Source: a virus. From it: DNA of 64,000 nt. Position 1 is the stretch's first letter. Every line of letters begins with the position of its first letter. Shown here in pieces: positions 29,806 to 39,853 of the stretch. Where the stretch lies: IMG/VR virus record IMGVR_UViG_3300037504_001229, positions 26,580-90,579 of that record, one strand, 5' to 3'. Under the pieces are notes generated by a model. The model was not told the origin of the DNA. It made no database searches and was given only the letters and a program-made list of their open reading frames with translations. A program made the translations under genes and the position numbers.

Positions 29806-30542
29806 TCGAAATTAAAAATACAAAAGTATTCGGACTAGAAGATTCAATGGTAAGAAGTGGATATCCTCATTCTGTAGGGCAACCTTTAGATCTAGACGGA
29901 GTTCTTCAACTTGAAGGTTCAACAGACAGGAAAAGGTCTATGTATTTAGGTCATGCAGAAACTGGATCAGGACATGACTGTTTTCTTAAAGGAATTTTAG
30001 TTACCTTTGATATTAAATATTCTTTATATTTTACTAAACAACTTCAGCGATATCATTTTATAGATTTTATATCAAGTCAGTCAACAATGCATTCTATTAC
30101 AAAAATGGATATAGAAGTCTCCTACAATAAATATGTAGAATCTAAAGTTATAGAAGTAGTTAAATATTGGGTAGATTTATATAACAGATTTGATGAAATA
30201 GCTGTAGAACAAAAAGATTGTCCTATCGATTCTTTTATGAAAGAAGCTTTTAATATGGAAAAACCTAAAGTGATAAAATATGTTAAGTATAATGAGGGAG
30301 AAGAACTACTTACTAAATATGATATCTATATGAAAATAATATCTAATCTTCCTGCAGGATTTGAGTATTGGGCAGGGATGACTACCAACTACTTACAACT
30401 AAAAACTATCTACAAACAAAGAAAAAATCATAAACTAAAAGAAGATTGGGGATATTTCTGTCATTGGATAGAAGGTCTTCCGATGTTTAAAGAACTTGTA
30501 TTAGGAGAGAAAAATGAACAAGGAAATAAAAAACAAAAATGA
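29802..30542 (+). CDS. ThyX-like (flavin-dependent thymidylate synthase-related) protein
   Basis: GHDCFLK, QLQRYHF..SSQSTMH, NYLQLKTIYKQRKNHKL..W. Confidence 0.65.
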   Translation: MIEIKNTKVFGLEDSMVRSGYPHSVGQPLDLDGVLQLEGSTDRKRSMYLGHAETGSGHDCFLKGILVTFDIKYSLYFTKQLQRYHFIDFISSQSTMHSITKMDIEVSYNKYVESKVIEVVKYWVDLYNRFDEIAVEQKDCPIDSFMKEAFNMEKPKVIKYVKYNEGEELLTKYDIYMKIISNLPAGFEYWAGMTTNYLQLKTIYKQRKNHKLKEDWGYFCHWIEGLPMFKELVLGEKNEQGNKKQK

Positions 30543-31662
30543 AAAAAATAGAATTTTAGAAAGACAAAATGGCGTATGTATTATATGTTTTGCTCCTTTA
30601 TTTCTAAAACTTTCGAATTTTCAAATTCATCATTTCTTTACATTATTACATTTAGAGGAATTTAAAGTAGCTGTTTGTACTTGTTGTCATTCTATTGCAG
30701 AGAAACTATCTATTAGTGATACTATTAAAGCAATTAAAAAAGCAAGAGAAGTAGGAAGGGGAGAAAATACAAATCCAGTCCAAAAGAAATATAACTCTTT
30801 TATGCCTAACACTTCTCAATTTTTTGATATTTCCATTCCAGCTCTAGAATATCTTATAGATAAAAATGAAATAGATATTTTATATGAATATATATTTGCT
30901 TATAATCAAGTATTTAACTCAAAGGATACATTTATTCAAATTCCGTTTTTTGTTTACTCCTGCCCAAACTTTAGATTAAAAAGATTTGCAGATAAAAATG
31001 TTTTTGTTTTCGGGAGTAATGATATTATTAAGCAAAAAGATTCTTCTTTTGTTTTAATTAATCGTAATATTTTAACTAAACTAGATTACAAAATTTTAAA
31101 AAGTTATTTTACTATGACTATTATAAGTTTAACTTCTAGATACTTTTCCTATCAAAATAAAAAAATCGAAGTAGAAAGATTTATTAAAGATGCTACAGCT
31201 CTTCTCCCTAGTAATTCTACTATTAGTAACTTTAAAATTGAGAATATTTATAATTATTTTAAGCAAGAAAATGCAAGGCTTAAGAAAACTCTTGCTAATC
31301 TAATACCTGTACCTGCAAAACCAACTTTACTTTATTCTCCTGAGGGAGGATTTTTTATTAATTCTAAATGTGAGTCTATTTTAGTAGGTAGTTTTTCCTC
31401 TAGTATAGATGTTGTTTATCCAGGATATAATATAAATAGTTCTAATTATGGAACTAAATATAAACAAACAAAAGATTTATGTAGTGAGGCATTATATGCA
31501 GATAAGTTTGGTCAAAACCAAGCTAAAAACTATTTTAAAGAAATAGTTAAAAATACATCCTATAGGAAAATTTATCAAAACGGAATTTGGAGAAGAGACT
31601 ACTTTGATCATACTAAAAATAATATTAAGTATCCTGAATCAAATAAATTTTTTATATTTTAA
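30514..31662 (+). CDS. protein with N-terminal Zn-binding HNH endonuclease-like domain
   Basis: RQNGVCIIC..QIHH..VCTCCH. Confidence 0.55.
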   Translation: MNKEIKNKNEKNRILERQNGVCIICFAPLFLKLSNFQIHHFFTLLHLEEFKVAVCTCCHSIAEKLSISDTIKAIKKAREVGRGENTNPVQKKYNSFMPNTSQFFDISIPALEYLIDKNEIDILYEYIFAYNQVFNSKDTFIQIPFFVYSCPNFRLKRFADKNVFVFGSNDIIKQKDSSFVLINRNILTKLDYKILKSYFTMTIISLTSRYFSYQNKKIEVERFIKDATALLPSNSTISNFKIENIYNYFKQENARLKKTLANLIPVPAKPTLLYSPEGGFFINSKCESILVGSFSSSIDVVYPGYNINSSNYGTKYKQTKDLCSEALYADKFGQNQAKNYFKEIVKNTSYRKIYQNGIWRRDYFDHTKNNIKYPESNKFFIF

Positions 31663-31681
31663 CATAAAGGAGTGAAATGTA

Positions 31682-31879
31682 ATGAGAAAAACAGTAATTT
31701 ATTTTGTAATGCTTTTACTTATGGCAATATTTAGTTTTATTTTTATTGCTTTAAAAGCTTTTATGGATGTTGACTTTACTTGGGGTCAATGTATGATGCC
31801 TGTATGGATAGGAATGCCTGTTATTACCGGGGTTAAGTTTCTCTTTTATATTATGTACGAGATTATGTACGAGAGGTAA
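31682..31879 (+). CDS. small membrane protein
   Basis: two hydrophobic segments; RBS. Confidence 0.6.
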   Translation: MRKTVIYFVMLLLMAIFSFIFIALKAFMDVDFTWGQCMMPVWIGMPVITGVKFLFYIMYEIMYER

Positions 31880-31880
31880 G

Positions 31881-32177
31881 ATGTTACGGATTATTTGTGC
31901 AGTTAATAACTCTACTATAGATGAAGTAAGAGTAGTTAATACAGGACATCAAGAAAATGGAAAACATCTTTATAGAATACAAGAACCTGCAAAGTATAAC
32001 TACTTAGAAGTTTATCATGACCGTAAAGATCCTTGGCATGTATTGGCAGAAAGAGTTCTTGCTACTTTAAATAGAGCAGGATATAATCAAAGAAAAGAGT
32101 ATCAAGATAAAATAGCTCTAGAATATTATCACATGATGGAAAGAGAGAGATTAGAAAGTGAAGGGAATAGTAGGTAA
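31881..32177 (+). CDS. hypothetical protein
   Basis: ORF with GAGG RBS. Confidence 0.6.
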   Translation: MLRIICAVNNSTIDEVRVVNTGHQENGKHLYRIQEPAKYNYLEVYHDRKDPWHVLAERVLATLNRAGYNQRKEYQDKIALEYYHMMERERLESEGNSR

Positions 32178-32688
32178 GATTTTCGTTTTATTGATCCTTT
32201 TTACTCCTCCCCTTTTTTCAGAATCAAACTATTGGCACTATTATCAACTTAACTTTAATGGATTAGGAAATTGCGGACCCGCTTGTGTTGCAATGGTATA
32301 TACTTATCACACAGGTAATCCTATTCATTTAGACAAAGTAAATAGATATATTACATATAGAGAAGAAGATGGATCTACTACATTATATATGCTACACAAA
32401 GCATTACAGAAGTTAGATATTCCTAATGAAATAGTTGAAAAAAAGGTCTTTATATTTTCCGAATACTTGTATATAATAAATATAGATACTGAATATATTC
32501 TTAATAGAGAATATGATTATTCAGGAGGACATTATATTGTTTTATTTGATTATTTCGATGGATGGTATAAAGTAAATGATCCTCTTCATCATAAAAAAGA
32601 ATTTGTTTGGTATTATGAAAAGGATATAGAAATGGCAGTGCAACATAATAGAGTTATTCGAGTAGAAAAATGGAAGAGTAATAAATGA
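32158..32688 (+). CDS. C39-like cysteine peptidase with signal peptide
   Basis: Q...NCGPACVAM, GHYIVL, VNDP. Confidence 0.8.
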   Translation: MKGIVGKIFVLLILFTPPLFSESNYWHYYQLNFNGLGNCGPACVAMVYTYHTGNPIHLDKVNRYITYREEDGSTTLYMLHKALQKLDIPNEIVEKKVFIFSEYLYIINIDTEYILNREYDYSGGHYIVLFDYFDGWYKVNDPLHHKKEFVWYYEKDIEMAVQHNRVIRVEKWKSNK

Positions 32689-33233
32689 GAAAGATTAGAA
32701 ACTTTATGGAGAGTTATCAAAAAGATCTCGAAAAAACTCTTGAAAAAATAAAGAAACTATTCGATCAATATGATATTGATTTTTGTTTTATAGGAGGTAT
32801 TGCTGTTAACTACTATGGTCATCAAAGAACTACAGACGATGTAGATCTTCTTGTAGATAGACATGATAAAGAAAAAATACAAAAAATACCTATAGGATTT
32901 ATGAGAGATATAACAGGTAATGGTAAGATATTTAACTTTCATAATCCTTCTACAAGACTTGAAATTTTATATAGCGGGGAACATGCAGGAAATAAAGATG
33001 GGCCGGAGTATGTAGATCCAGCTTTAGTAAAAAAAGATGATAGGTTTATTAACTTAAAATTTTTAGTTTTTTATAAAGTAGCCTCAGGTTTTTATGGTAA
33101 AAGATACCAAGATTGGGGAGATGTACAAAATCTTATTAAAAAGAATGCCTTACAAAAAGATTTTTTAGATAAGTTTGATATACAATATCCTATGGTTGTA
33201 AAAAAATATAAGGAGATATGGAGTGAAAGTTAA
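32685..33233 (+). CDS. nucleotidyltransferase-like protein (AbiEii/DUF6036-type fold)
   Basis: IGGIAV..G..RTTDDVDLL; C-terminal R..D..D. Confidence 0.7.
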   Translation: MRKIRNFMESYQKDLEKTLEKIKKLFDQYDIDFCFIGGIAVNYYGHQRTTDDVDLLVDRHDKEKIQKIPIGFMRDITGNGKIFNFHNPSTRLEILYSGEHAGNKDGPEYVDPALVKKDDRFINLKFLVFYKVASGFYGKRYQDWGDVQNLIKKNALQKDFLDKFDIQYPMVVKKYKEIWSES

Positions 33234-33801
33234 CATCTTAAAGATTATTAGATATAGAATTTTAGGAAAAATAAGTACCTTTCCTAGAAATATTAAATGG
33301 GGACTTCAAAGATTATTTAGAGGATATAGTGATAGGTATCTTTGGGGATTTTATTATATGGTTTCTAAAGATATATATCCTAAATTTAAAGCATTCAGAG
33401 ATATGGAAAAACACGGATTAGCATCTTGTTATTTTGATGATCCTAATAAAATAGATCATACAGATGAAGACTTTGAAAAAGCCTTTGAAAACTTTAATAC
33501 TATTTTAGATAAAATTCTTTTCGCCTTTGAATATACAATATATGAGGATGGATGCGGAAATAAAAAGTTTAGAAAATACTTCGAAGAAAAATATGGAAAT
33601 CCTTACGAAGAAATAGAAGAGAATAGAAAAGAACCTCTTATATATTTTGTAGAAGATGAAAAAACAGGAGAGAGAAGAGAAGAAACTCTTTTTGATGGAA
33701 AACCTATTTATTATAATAATAAGATGCTTGAAGAGTTTAGTAAAAGACAACAAGAAGGATTTGAACTCTTTGGAAAATATTTATTAAGTTTTTGGGATTA
33801 A
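33223..33801 (+). CDS. hypothetical phage protein
   Basis: C-terminal EGFELFGKYLLSFWD typical of a phage family. Confidence 0.6.
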   Translation: MKVNILKIIRYRILGKISTFPRNIKWGLQRLFRGYSDRYLWGFYYMVSKDIYPKFKAFRDMEKHGLASCYFDDPNKIDHTDEDFEKAFENFNTILDKILFAFEYTIYEDGCGNKKFRKYFEEKYGNPYEEIEENRKEPLIYFVEDEKTGERREETLFDGKPIYYNNKMLEEFSKRQQEGFELFGKYLLSFWD

Positions 33802-33805
33802 GATT

Positions 33806-34222
33806 ATGAATTTATACAAATTAACAAATAACTTAGGTGAATGGTATGTGATAGCTGAAGATCCTACTAAAGCACAAAGAGCTTTAGAGTATAGACTTAG
33901 ACAAGAAGGTTATGGGTTTGATAACTACAGAAAAGTTTTTAAAATAGAAAAGATTACTGAGATGGTAAAACCAGCTCTTAATAGTAAATGGTTTTTTAGT
34001 AGTGGTAATAAACTTGTTGTACCAGAACTAGAAAAAGTTGAGTTATTAAACAAGTTACTAAATTTAAAAAATGAATATATAAAACTATTAGGAAATGAGG
34101 TAGATAAGTTTGCAGAAGTATCATATATGCATGGAGTATATTCTTCTCAAGAAGATATAGATAAAGGAAAAGAACTAAGAGAGGAGATGAAAAAGATCAA
34201 GGAAGAACTAAAGGAGATATAA
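33806..34222 (+). CDS. hypothetical protein
   Basis: ORF packed within operon. Confidence 0.6.
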   Translation: MNLYKLTNNLGEWYVIAEDPTKAQRALEYRLRQEGYGFDNYRKVFKIEKITEMVKPALNSKWFFSSGNKLVVPELEKVELLNKLLNLKNEYIKLLGNEVDKFAEVSYMHGVYSSQEDIDKGKELREEMKKIKEELKEI

Positions 34223-34223
34223 A

Positions 34224-34661
34224 ATGACAGAAGAAAAAACAAGAAAGCTATTTGAAAGATTTAAATTTTTTCACCCTGAAAGATCTCTAAATGAAAGTCT
34301 TATGGGATTCGGGTTTGAATGTAGTGATGGCTGGTTTAACATTATATGGGATCTATGTGAAAAGATAGAAAAGGAACTTAATGAACATGGAAATGATCCA
34401 GATTTTCCGTTCGAAGTCCTTCAAGTAAAAGAAAAGTTTGGGGGACTACGATTTTATACTAACTGGGAAACTAAAGAAATAGGCGATTTAATAAATGAAG
34501 CAGAGGAAAAAAGTTATAAAACTTGTGAAGTATGCGGGAAGGAGGGAGAACTAATGACTAAAGGTTATTGGTTACAAACTCTATGTCCTAAACATGCAAA
34601 AGAAGAAAATTTTATGACTATGAAAGAATACGAAGAAAAAGCAAAGGAGATAGAAGGATGA
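34224..34661 (+). CDS. conserved phage protein with C-terminal Zn finger
   Basis: DGW, QVKEKFGGLRFY, TCEVCG..TLC..H. Confidence 0.7.
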   Translation: MTEEKTRKLFERFKFFHPERSLNESLMGFGFECSDGWFNIIWDLCEKIEKELNEHGNDPDFPFEVLQVKEKFGGLRFYTNWETKEIGDLINEAEEKSYKTCEVCGKEGELMTKGYWLQTLCPKHAKEENFMTMKEYEEKAKEIEG

Positions 34662-35107
34662 AATTAGCTGAAACCCTAATGGAAAGAAAAGATGTTATTA
34701 AAGCTATTAAAAAATTAGAGGAGGAAATTCTCAATAACCTTATCCATCTTGACGAAGATAAAGCAGATGCAGAGGGGAAGGTTATACAATATCAATTAGA
34801 TACAGAATATTCTAACCTTATTGAGGAGTTAGCAGGGTTAAACCTAAAGATAGAACACGCTAACAAACCTATAATACATAAGATCAAACTTATGCAAGTT
34901 ATTGATAGGGAAATTTCCTTTTACAACCAAATTAGGAAAAAAATTCTTAATAAGTTTAGTGAATCATTTCTCTATAGAGAGGTAAAAGAACTCTATGGGG
35001 CAATGACCATTGAAACTATTAATGAGTTTATTAAAGAAAAAGAACAAGAAAGAAGAGCTCTTGATAAGCAAATTCAAGAGTTTAACTGGATTACTGAAGT
35101 TGATTAA
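34658..35107 (+). CDS. DIP1984-family coiled-coil protein
   Basis: N-terminal MKLAETLMERKD and C-terminal LDKQIQEFNWITEV match family ends (MKLAEAL..R / D..IQ..NW..E). Confidence 0.75.
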   Translation: MKLAETLMERKDVIKAIKKLEEEILNNLIHLDEDKADAEGKVIQYQLDTEYSNLIEELAGLNLKIEHANKPIIHKIKLMQVIDREISFYNQIRKKILNKFSESFLYREVKELYGAMTIETINEFIKEKEQERRALDKQIQEFNWITEVD

Positions 35108-35108
35108 T

Positions 35109-35319
35109 AGCGTATAGGGCTAAGATAGATTTTACAAGTTACCTTTGAGGGGATAATATCTCCCTATCATAGAAGAGGTAGTATAAATGGGAAAGAAAAG
35201 AATTATAAAAAAGAATTTTACTCCTAATAAAGAATACTTGCTTCTTCCTAAAAGATTCAAGATTAAAGATTCATTCTGTTTACTTGGAAGTTTATTCTAT
35301 AGCCTCTATACGCTTTTTT
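35109..35319 (+). ncRNA. candidate structured ncRNA directly downstream of the DIP1984-family gene
   Basis: closing helix agcgtatagggcta(35109-22)/tagcctctatacgct(35300-14) extended by atagattttacaagt/acttggaagtttat; internal hairpins; 3x AAGATT(C/A); U tail. Confidence 0.65.
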
Positions 35320-35339
35320 ATTTTTAAAGGAGAGAAAAA

Positions 35340-35606
35340 ATGATTATTCAGTATGTAAGAGACAAAGAAAGAAATCCTATTGGAACAGTAGTAGCTCTAA
35401 GTCCTAAAAGTATCGGGGCTTCCCTATGTAGTCCTAAGGATAAATGGAATAGAAAGATCGGCATTGAGATTGCTAAAGGAAGGGCTAAACAATACCATTT
35501 AGAAGAACTAGAGGATTTTTTAGCAAAAGTCCCAGAAAGTAAAAAACTAAGTTTAAAAGCAACTTTAGATGTAGTAATCGAAAGAGCTAGAAAGTATTAT
35601 AAATGA
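35340..35606 (+). CDS. conserved phage hypothetical protein
   Basis: CSPKDKWNRKIGIEIA; RBS. Confidence 0.65.
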   Translation: MIIQYVRDKERNPIGTVVALSPKSIGASLCSPKDKWNRKIGIEIAKGRAKQYHLEELEDFLAKVPESKKLSLKATLDVVIERARKYYK

Positions 35607-35625
35607 GTCTAAAAATTTCCTTAAA

Positions 35626-35671
35626 CTTTTTTCAAAAAATACTTTAAATTTTAGACAAAAAAGTATATAAT
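35626..35671 (+). promoter_or_regulatory. repeated phage promoter, class A
   Basis: TTTAAA(35643)-17-TATAAT(35666). Confidence 0.8.
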
Positions 35672-35714
35672 ATAAATAGAAAGTAAATAAATTATTTAAC
35701 TAAGGAGTTAGAAA

Positions 35715-36740
35715 ATGCAAAGTCAAATAAAAGTTAAATTAGATCAACTTGAACCTAACCCATTTAAACCAAGTTCCTCTATTATAGAGGAACATAGAGT
35801 TGAGTTTGTAATTAAAACTATTCAAGAAACAGGGGGATATTGGGATAATATTCTAGTACGACCTCATCCTAAAAAGAAAAATAAGTTTCAAATTATTTGT
35901 GGTCATCATCGAGCAGAAGCTTTAAAAAGACTTAACATAACAGAATTTAATGTTATAAAAAGTGAAAAATCAGATATCGAAACTATTTTAGCTATGGCTG
36001 GTGAGAATGCGAATATGGAGCTTACTCCATTAGTTATTAATGAAACAGTATTAACAGTAAAAACTTTTTTAGAGTCTAAGTTTAAAACTTACGAAGTATT
36101 CGAAGAATATGAAAAGTCAGAACTTTACAAGTTTTTAAAAGGAGACTCTAAAGAGTTTGAAATTATTAAAAAGGATGGAATATCTTTAAGACATATTTTT
36201 AAAATGATTGGAAATACTTTAGACTCCAGTATTAAAAATTATAATAATGTTGGATGGTCTAAAAGTAAAATTAGTGAGGCTCTAAAAGAATTAGATCCTA
36301 ATGACGAAGTTGATACTAGGGTCAAGAAGTTACTTCCTAATCAAAGAAGTATTAAAGAATTTCGTAGAATAGTTAAAGACAGAGGAATAAGCAAAAAGGA
36401 TCAGGTAAAAATTATTAATAATATTTTTAAAAATGGGAAGCCTGGCTCAAGACAACTAGCAGATCTAGTTGCAGAGCAAATAAATAAAAGATCATCTTCT
36501 AAACCGTTTAACTATGAAGATCACAATATTCACTATTTAGAATTACTAGAAATTAGTATTAGAGATGTAACTACACTCAATTGCTCTTTAAATAAAATAA
36601 TAGATAATATAGATGTAGTAAATCATGAAAGATTTCGTGATTTAATGTTTTATTTGAAAAGAACATTTACTAAGTTAATAGAAGCTTATAATAGAGAAAA
36701 CAATAGGCAAGAAGTAGATATTAAACTAATTGATTATTAA
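35715..36740 (+). CDS. ParB/Srx N-terminal domain protein
   Basis: LEPNPF, ILVRP, IICGHHRAEA, EN. Confidence 0.8.
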   Translation: MQSQIKVKLDQLEPNPFKPSSSIIEEHRVEFVIKTIQETGGYWDNILVRPHPKKKNKFQIICGHHRAEALKRLNITEFNVIKSEKSDIETILAMAGENANMELTPLVINETVLTVKTFLESKFKTYEVFEEYEKSELYKFLKGDSKEFEIIKKDGISLRHIFKMIGNTLDSSIKNYNNVGWSKSKISEALKELDPNDEVDTRVKKLLPNQRSIKEFRRIVKDRGISKKDQVKIINNIFKNGKPGSRQLADLVAEQINKRSSSKPFNYEDHNIHYLELLEISIRDVTTLNCSLNKIIDNIDVVNHERFRDLMFYLKRTFTKLIEAYNRENNRQEVDIKLIDY

Positions 36741-36779
36741 AAAATCAGTTAGTTAAAAAAATATTAAGGAGTAAATATT

Positions 36780-37292
36780 ATGTCTAAGAAATTTTTCGAG
36801 AGAAAAGGTTGGGATCAGTTATCAGGTGACTATCTTTTAACTGAGAAAGGATCAAGTGAAGTTGCTTACCGTCTTTCTACAAGACATGGAAAAGGGTCAC
36901 TGTATCTTCTCTTCTGCGATAAACTAGGTAGGCCAGACTTGGATAAAGAGTTTACAGTAGATCAAGTGATAGATGAACTCGGATTTATGAAAGGATGGCA
37001 GGAATTACCAAAGGGCCCTATTAAAAATGGTTATAGAGACAAAGTTTCACAGTCACTTCACAATTTAAAAGATTCTCAACAAAAAGTTAATATAGCTTTC
37101 GGGTCTAAAGATCATGCTAAGTTTACGAATCTAGCAGTTTGGAAGTTTGCTAAAAATATAGAAGATTTGATTGCAATGAAAGATAGGGAACAATCAAGAA
37201 AAGAGATGAATAATCGTATTAGTGATAGTAGAATATTATTTTTAGAAAACAAAACTTCGGAGTTTAGATTGCGATTTCCTAAATCTAAGTAA
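36780..37292 (+). CDS. hypothetical protein
   Basis: AAGGAG RBS. Confidence 0.65.
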   Translation: MSKKFFERKGWDQLSGDYLLTEKGSSEVAYRLSTRHGKGSLYLLFCDKLGRPDLDKEFTVDQVIDELGFMKGWQELPKGPIKNGYRDKVSQSLHNLKDSQQKVNIAFGSKDHAKFTNLAVWKFAKNIEDLIAMKDREQSRKEMNNRISDSRILFLENKTSEFRLRFPKSK

Positions 37293-37316
37293 ATCTAAGT
37301 AAATTTAAGTAAATTT
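37281..37316 (+). repeat. 10-bp tandem repeat AAATCTAAGT x3 (last copy degenerate)
   Basis: aaatctaagt aaatctaagt aaatttaagt aaattt. Confidence 0.8.
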
Positions 37317-37322
37317 TTATTT

Positions 37323-37351
37323 TAAAAGCCCCTATTCGTAGGGGCTTTTTT
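37323..37351 (+). terminator. intrinsic terminator (possibly bidirectional)
   Basis: aaaagcccta-like stem with ttcg loop and T run: aaaagcccctattcgtaggggctttttt. Confidence 0.88.
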
Positions 37352-37369
37352 AATTACTAATATTATGAC

Positions 37370-39397
37370 ATGACCGATATCTTAGAGACTTTTAAACAAT
37401 TTGATAATAATGTTATTCAGCAACTAACTGATCGGTATCCTCTAGTTTTTAGCCAAGAAAGAATTCTAACTCTTATTAAAAAAATAGTCCTTAACCCTGC
37501 CTTATCAAATGCAGAAAAAATACATAAACTTAAAAATATATGGACAGAAGTATATGTATACGAACCACCTTCTATCGAAGAATTCCTTACCCCTAAATGG
37601 ATAGGAGCAACAGCTGATAAAATATATCCTCATGTAAAAGAAGTAATGCAGGAATTTTTAAATCCAGCAAGTGGAAGGCGGGTGTTGGCCTTGTCGACCT
37701 GCATCGGCTGGGGCAAAAGTTCCCTAACTACTTTAATAGCTATTTATATAGTAGTCCATTTATGTTATATGAAAGATCCTAAAGCTTCTTTTAATCTAAG
37801 TGCCATGGGATCTATTGTAATAGCTCTAATGTCCTTTACACAACAAAAAGTAAACCAAGTTCTTTTACAACCTTTTGCTAATCTTCTAAGAGATTCTCCT
37901 ATGTTCGAAAGGGTAAGACAAGAAGAAAGACTTGAACCTAAACAAAAAGAGCTAGAGAAAAAAGGTGAAGGAAAAATAGCATATACTTCAGCTGGAAGAA
38001 TGGGAAGTTTTCAGTTTATAAAAGATATTCATATTACAATAAGTAGTGATAGAGCAAGTCTTTTAGGTTTAAATATTATTTTAGGAATAGTATCTGAGAT
38101 TTCTTTTTGGATTAAAAAAGGTATTTCTGTTAATGAAATATGGGGTGCTTTTTCTGATATGCGAGAAAGGGTAAACTCAAGGTTTGCTCATAAATATTTG
38201 TCAGGAGTTATATTAGATAGTTCTCCTTTAGATCTTTCCTTATCTCCTATAGATAAATGGATATATGAGGGGGATGCAAGAGATGATCCAGAAGTAATGG
38301 TAGTGAATGCAAAACACTGGGAAGTATTTCCTGAAAAATATCCTAAATGGTTACATACAGGAGAAACAATACCAGTATTTAGAGGAGACGGATCAAGACC
38401 ACCTAAAGTACTTTATCGGAACGAAATAAATGAATATAGACCTGGAGAAGTATATTATTTTCCTATAGATACGGAACAGTCTTTAAAAAATACTTTTGAA
38501 CTTAAAAAAATAGTAGCAGACTTAGCAGGATGGCCAGCAGGAGGACTTGCAAAACTTATAGAAGACTCAACAGTACTAGAAAGTATGTTTACCGATTCTC
38601 TTAATAATATATATACAAGTATTACTGCTCCAGAAGAACAAGAACCAGAAAAACTTATATGGAATAAAGTAAGAGATATATTTTTTATTCAAGTAGGGAA
38701 AAGATATGAATTTTATAGAGCTCCTTTAGCTCCAAGGACTCTTCATATTGACTTAGCAGAAAGTGGAGATATGGCTTCTCTTGCTATGAACCATTTAGAA
38801 ATAGATAAAAGAACTGGGGATAATGTTATAGTAAATGATTTTACTATTGCTATATCTCCAGAGGCTTCTAGAATAAATATAGATGCTGTTTGTAACTTTA
38901 TTATTGATTTAAAAAGACTTGGAAGTATTAACTTTTATAAAATAACGGCTGACCAATATCAAAGCTCTGCTCTATTACAAAGACTAAAAAGAAGTAACTT
39001 AGAAGTAGATAAGTTATCAGTTGATAGAGACAATACTCCATATAGAGTAGTACTTTCTTGGATATTAAATGAAAAAGTAAAATGTGGAAAAAATATATTT
39101 CTTAAAAACAATCTTCTTTCTCTTGTTGAAACTAAAAATGATAAAAATGATAAAATAAAAATAGATCATACAAAGGGTCAACTTGTATATACTGATCATG
39201 GAGACTGGAGAACATCTCAGATGGGTATACATGCAAAAGACGTTTCAGATGCTTTTACAGGAAGTGCATATGTCCTTATTACAGAACTGGATAGTAAAGT
39301 TCCGAGATATACATGGAAAGAGGCGGCATCTGAGGAAGAAAAAATGCAAGATATAATGGACGAACTAATGGATAGATTTACCGTAAAGATAAATTAA
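37370..39397 (+). CDS. terL: terminase large subunit
   Basis: Walker A CIGWGKS, Walker B-like IVSEI, nuclease HIDLA..D, ADQYQS, KIDH, KDVSDA. Confidence 0.8.
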   Translation: MTDILETFKQFDNNVIQQLTDRYPLVFSQERILTLIKKIVLNPALSNAEKIHKLKNIWTEVYVYEPPSIEEFLTPKWIGATADKIYPHVKEVMQEFLNPASGRRVLALSTCIGWGKSSLTTLIAIYIVVHLCYMKDPKASFNLSAMGSIVIALMSFTQQKVNQVLLQPFANLLRDSPMFERVRQEERLEPKQKELEKKGEGKIAYTSAGRMGSFQFIKDIHITISSDRASLLGLNIILGIVSEISFWIKKGISVNEIWGAFSDMRERVNSRFAHKYLSGVILDSSPLDLSLSPIDKWIYEGDARDDPEVMVVNAKHWEVFPEKYPKWLHTGETIPVFRGDGSRPPKVLYRNEINEYRPGEVYYFPIDTEQSLKNTFELKKIVADLAGWPAGGLAKLIEDSTVLESMFTDSLNNIYTSITAPEEQEPEKLIWNKVRDIFFIQVGKRYEFYRAPLAPRTLHIDLAESGDMASLAMNHLEIDKRTGDNVIVNDFTIAISPEASRINIDAVCNFIIDLKRLGSINFYKITADQYQSSALLQRLKRSNLEVDKLSVDRDNTPYRVVLSWILNEKVKCGKNIFLKNNLLSLVETKNDKNDKIKIDHTKGQLVYTDHGDWRTSQMGIHAKDVSDAFTGSAYVLITELDSKVPRYTWKEAASEEEKMQDIMDELMDRFTVKIN

Positions 39398-39457
39398 AGG
39401 CTCTTTATATTTTTAAGAAAATACTATATAATAATATTGTAGAAATTTAAAAACAAA

Positions 39458-39832
39458 ATGGAGGAAGAGTTGAAAACTAATAATAAAGGTAAGGAAACTA
39501 TCGAAAGAATACATCTTATTAGTGGAAATAAAAAGGACGATACAAAGAATTTTTTTGAAGCATTAGCTATTTATATTGTAATGAACTATTATGGAAAAGA
39601 TGAAATATATCTTCCATATATAGGGAAACTTTATTTTAAATACTTAGGAGACCAATATCAAGAAGATAAAAAAAGAGCAAAAGTTGAGTTAGAATTTGAA
39701 CCAGATGATTTCCTTCTACGGAATATCGGTCAAATAGAAGACGGGGACGAACCAGATATAACTAAGTTTTTTACCTCTCGTATACAAGCAACACTTGGAG
39801 AATACTTAGGCGATTCTCTTTATGATAATTAA
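39458..39832 (+). CDS. hypothetical protein, weak HU/IHF-like pattern
   Basis: FFEAL...DEIYLPYIGKL...FEPDDFL. Confidence 0.4.
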   Translation: MEEELKTNNKGKETIERIHLISGNKKDDTKNFFEALAIYIVMNYYGKDEIYLPYIGKLYFKYLGDQYQEDKKRAKVELEFEPDDFLLRNIGQIEDGDEPDITKFFTSRIQATLGEYLGDSLYDN

Positions 39833-39853
39833 ATAATAGTATATAATAATATT

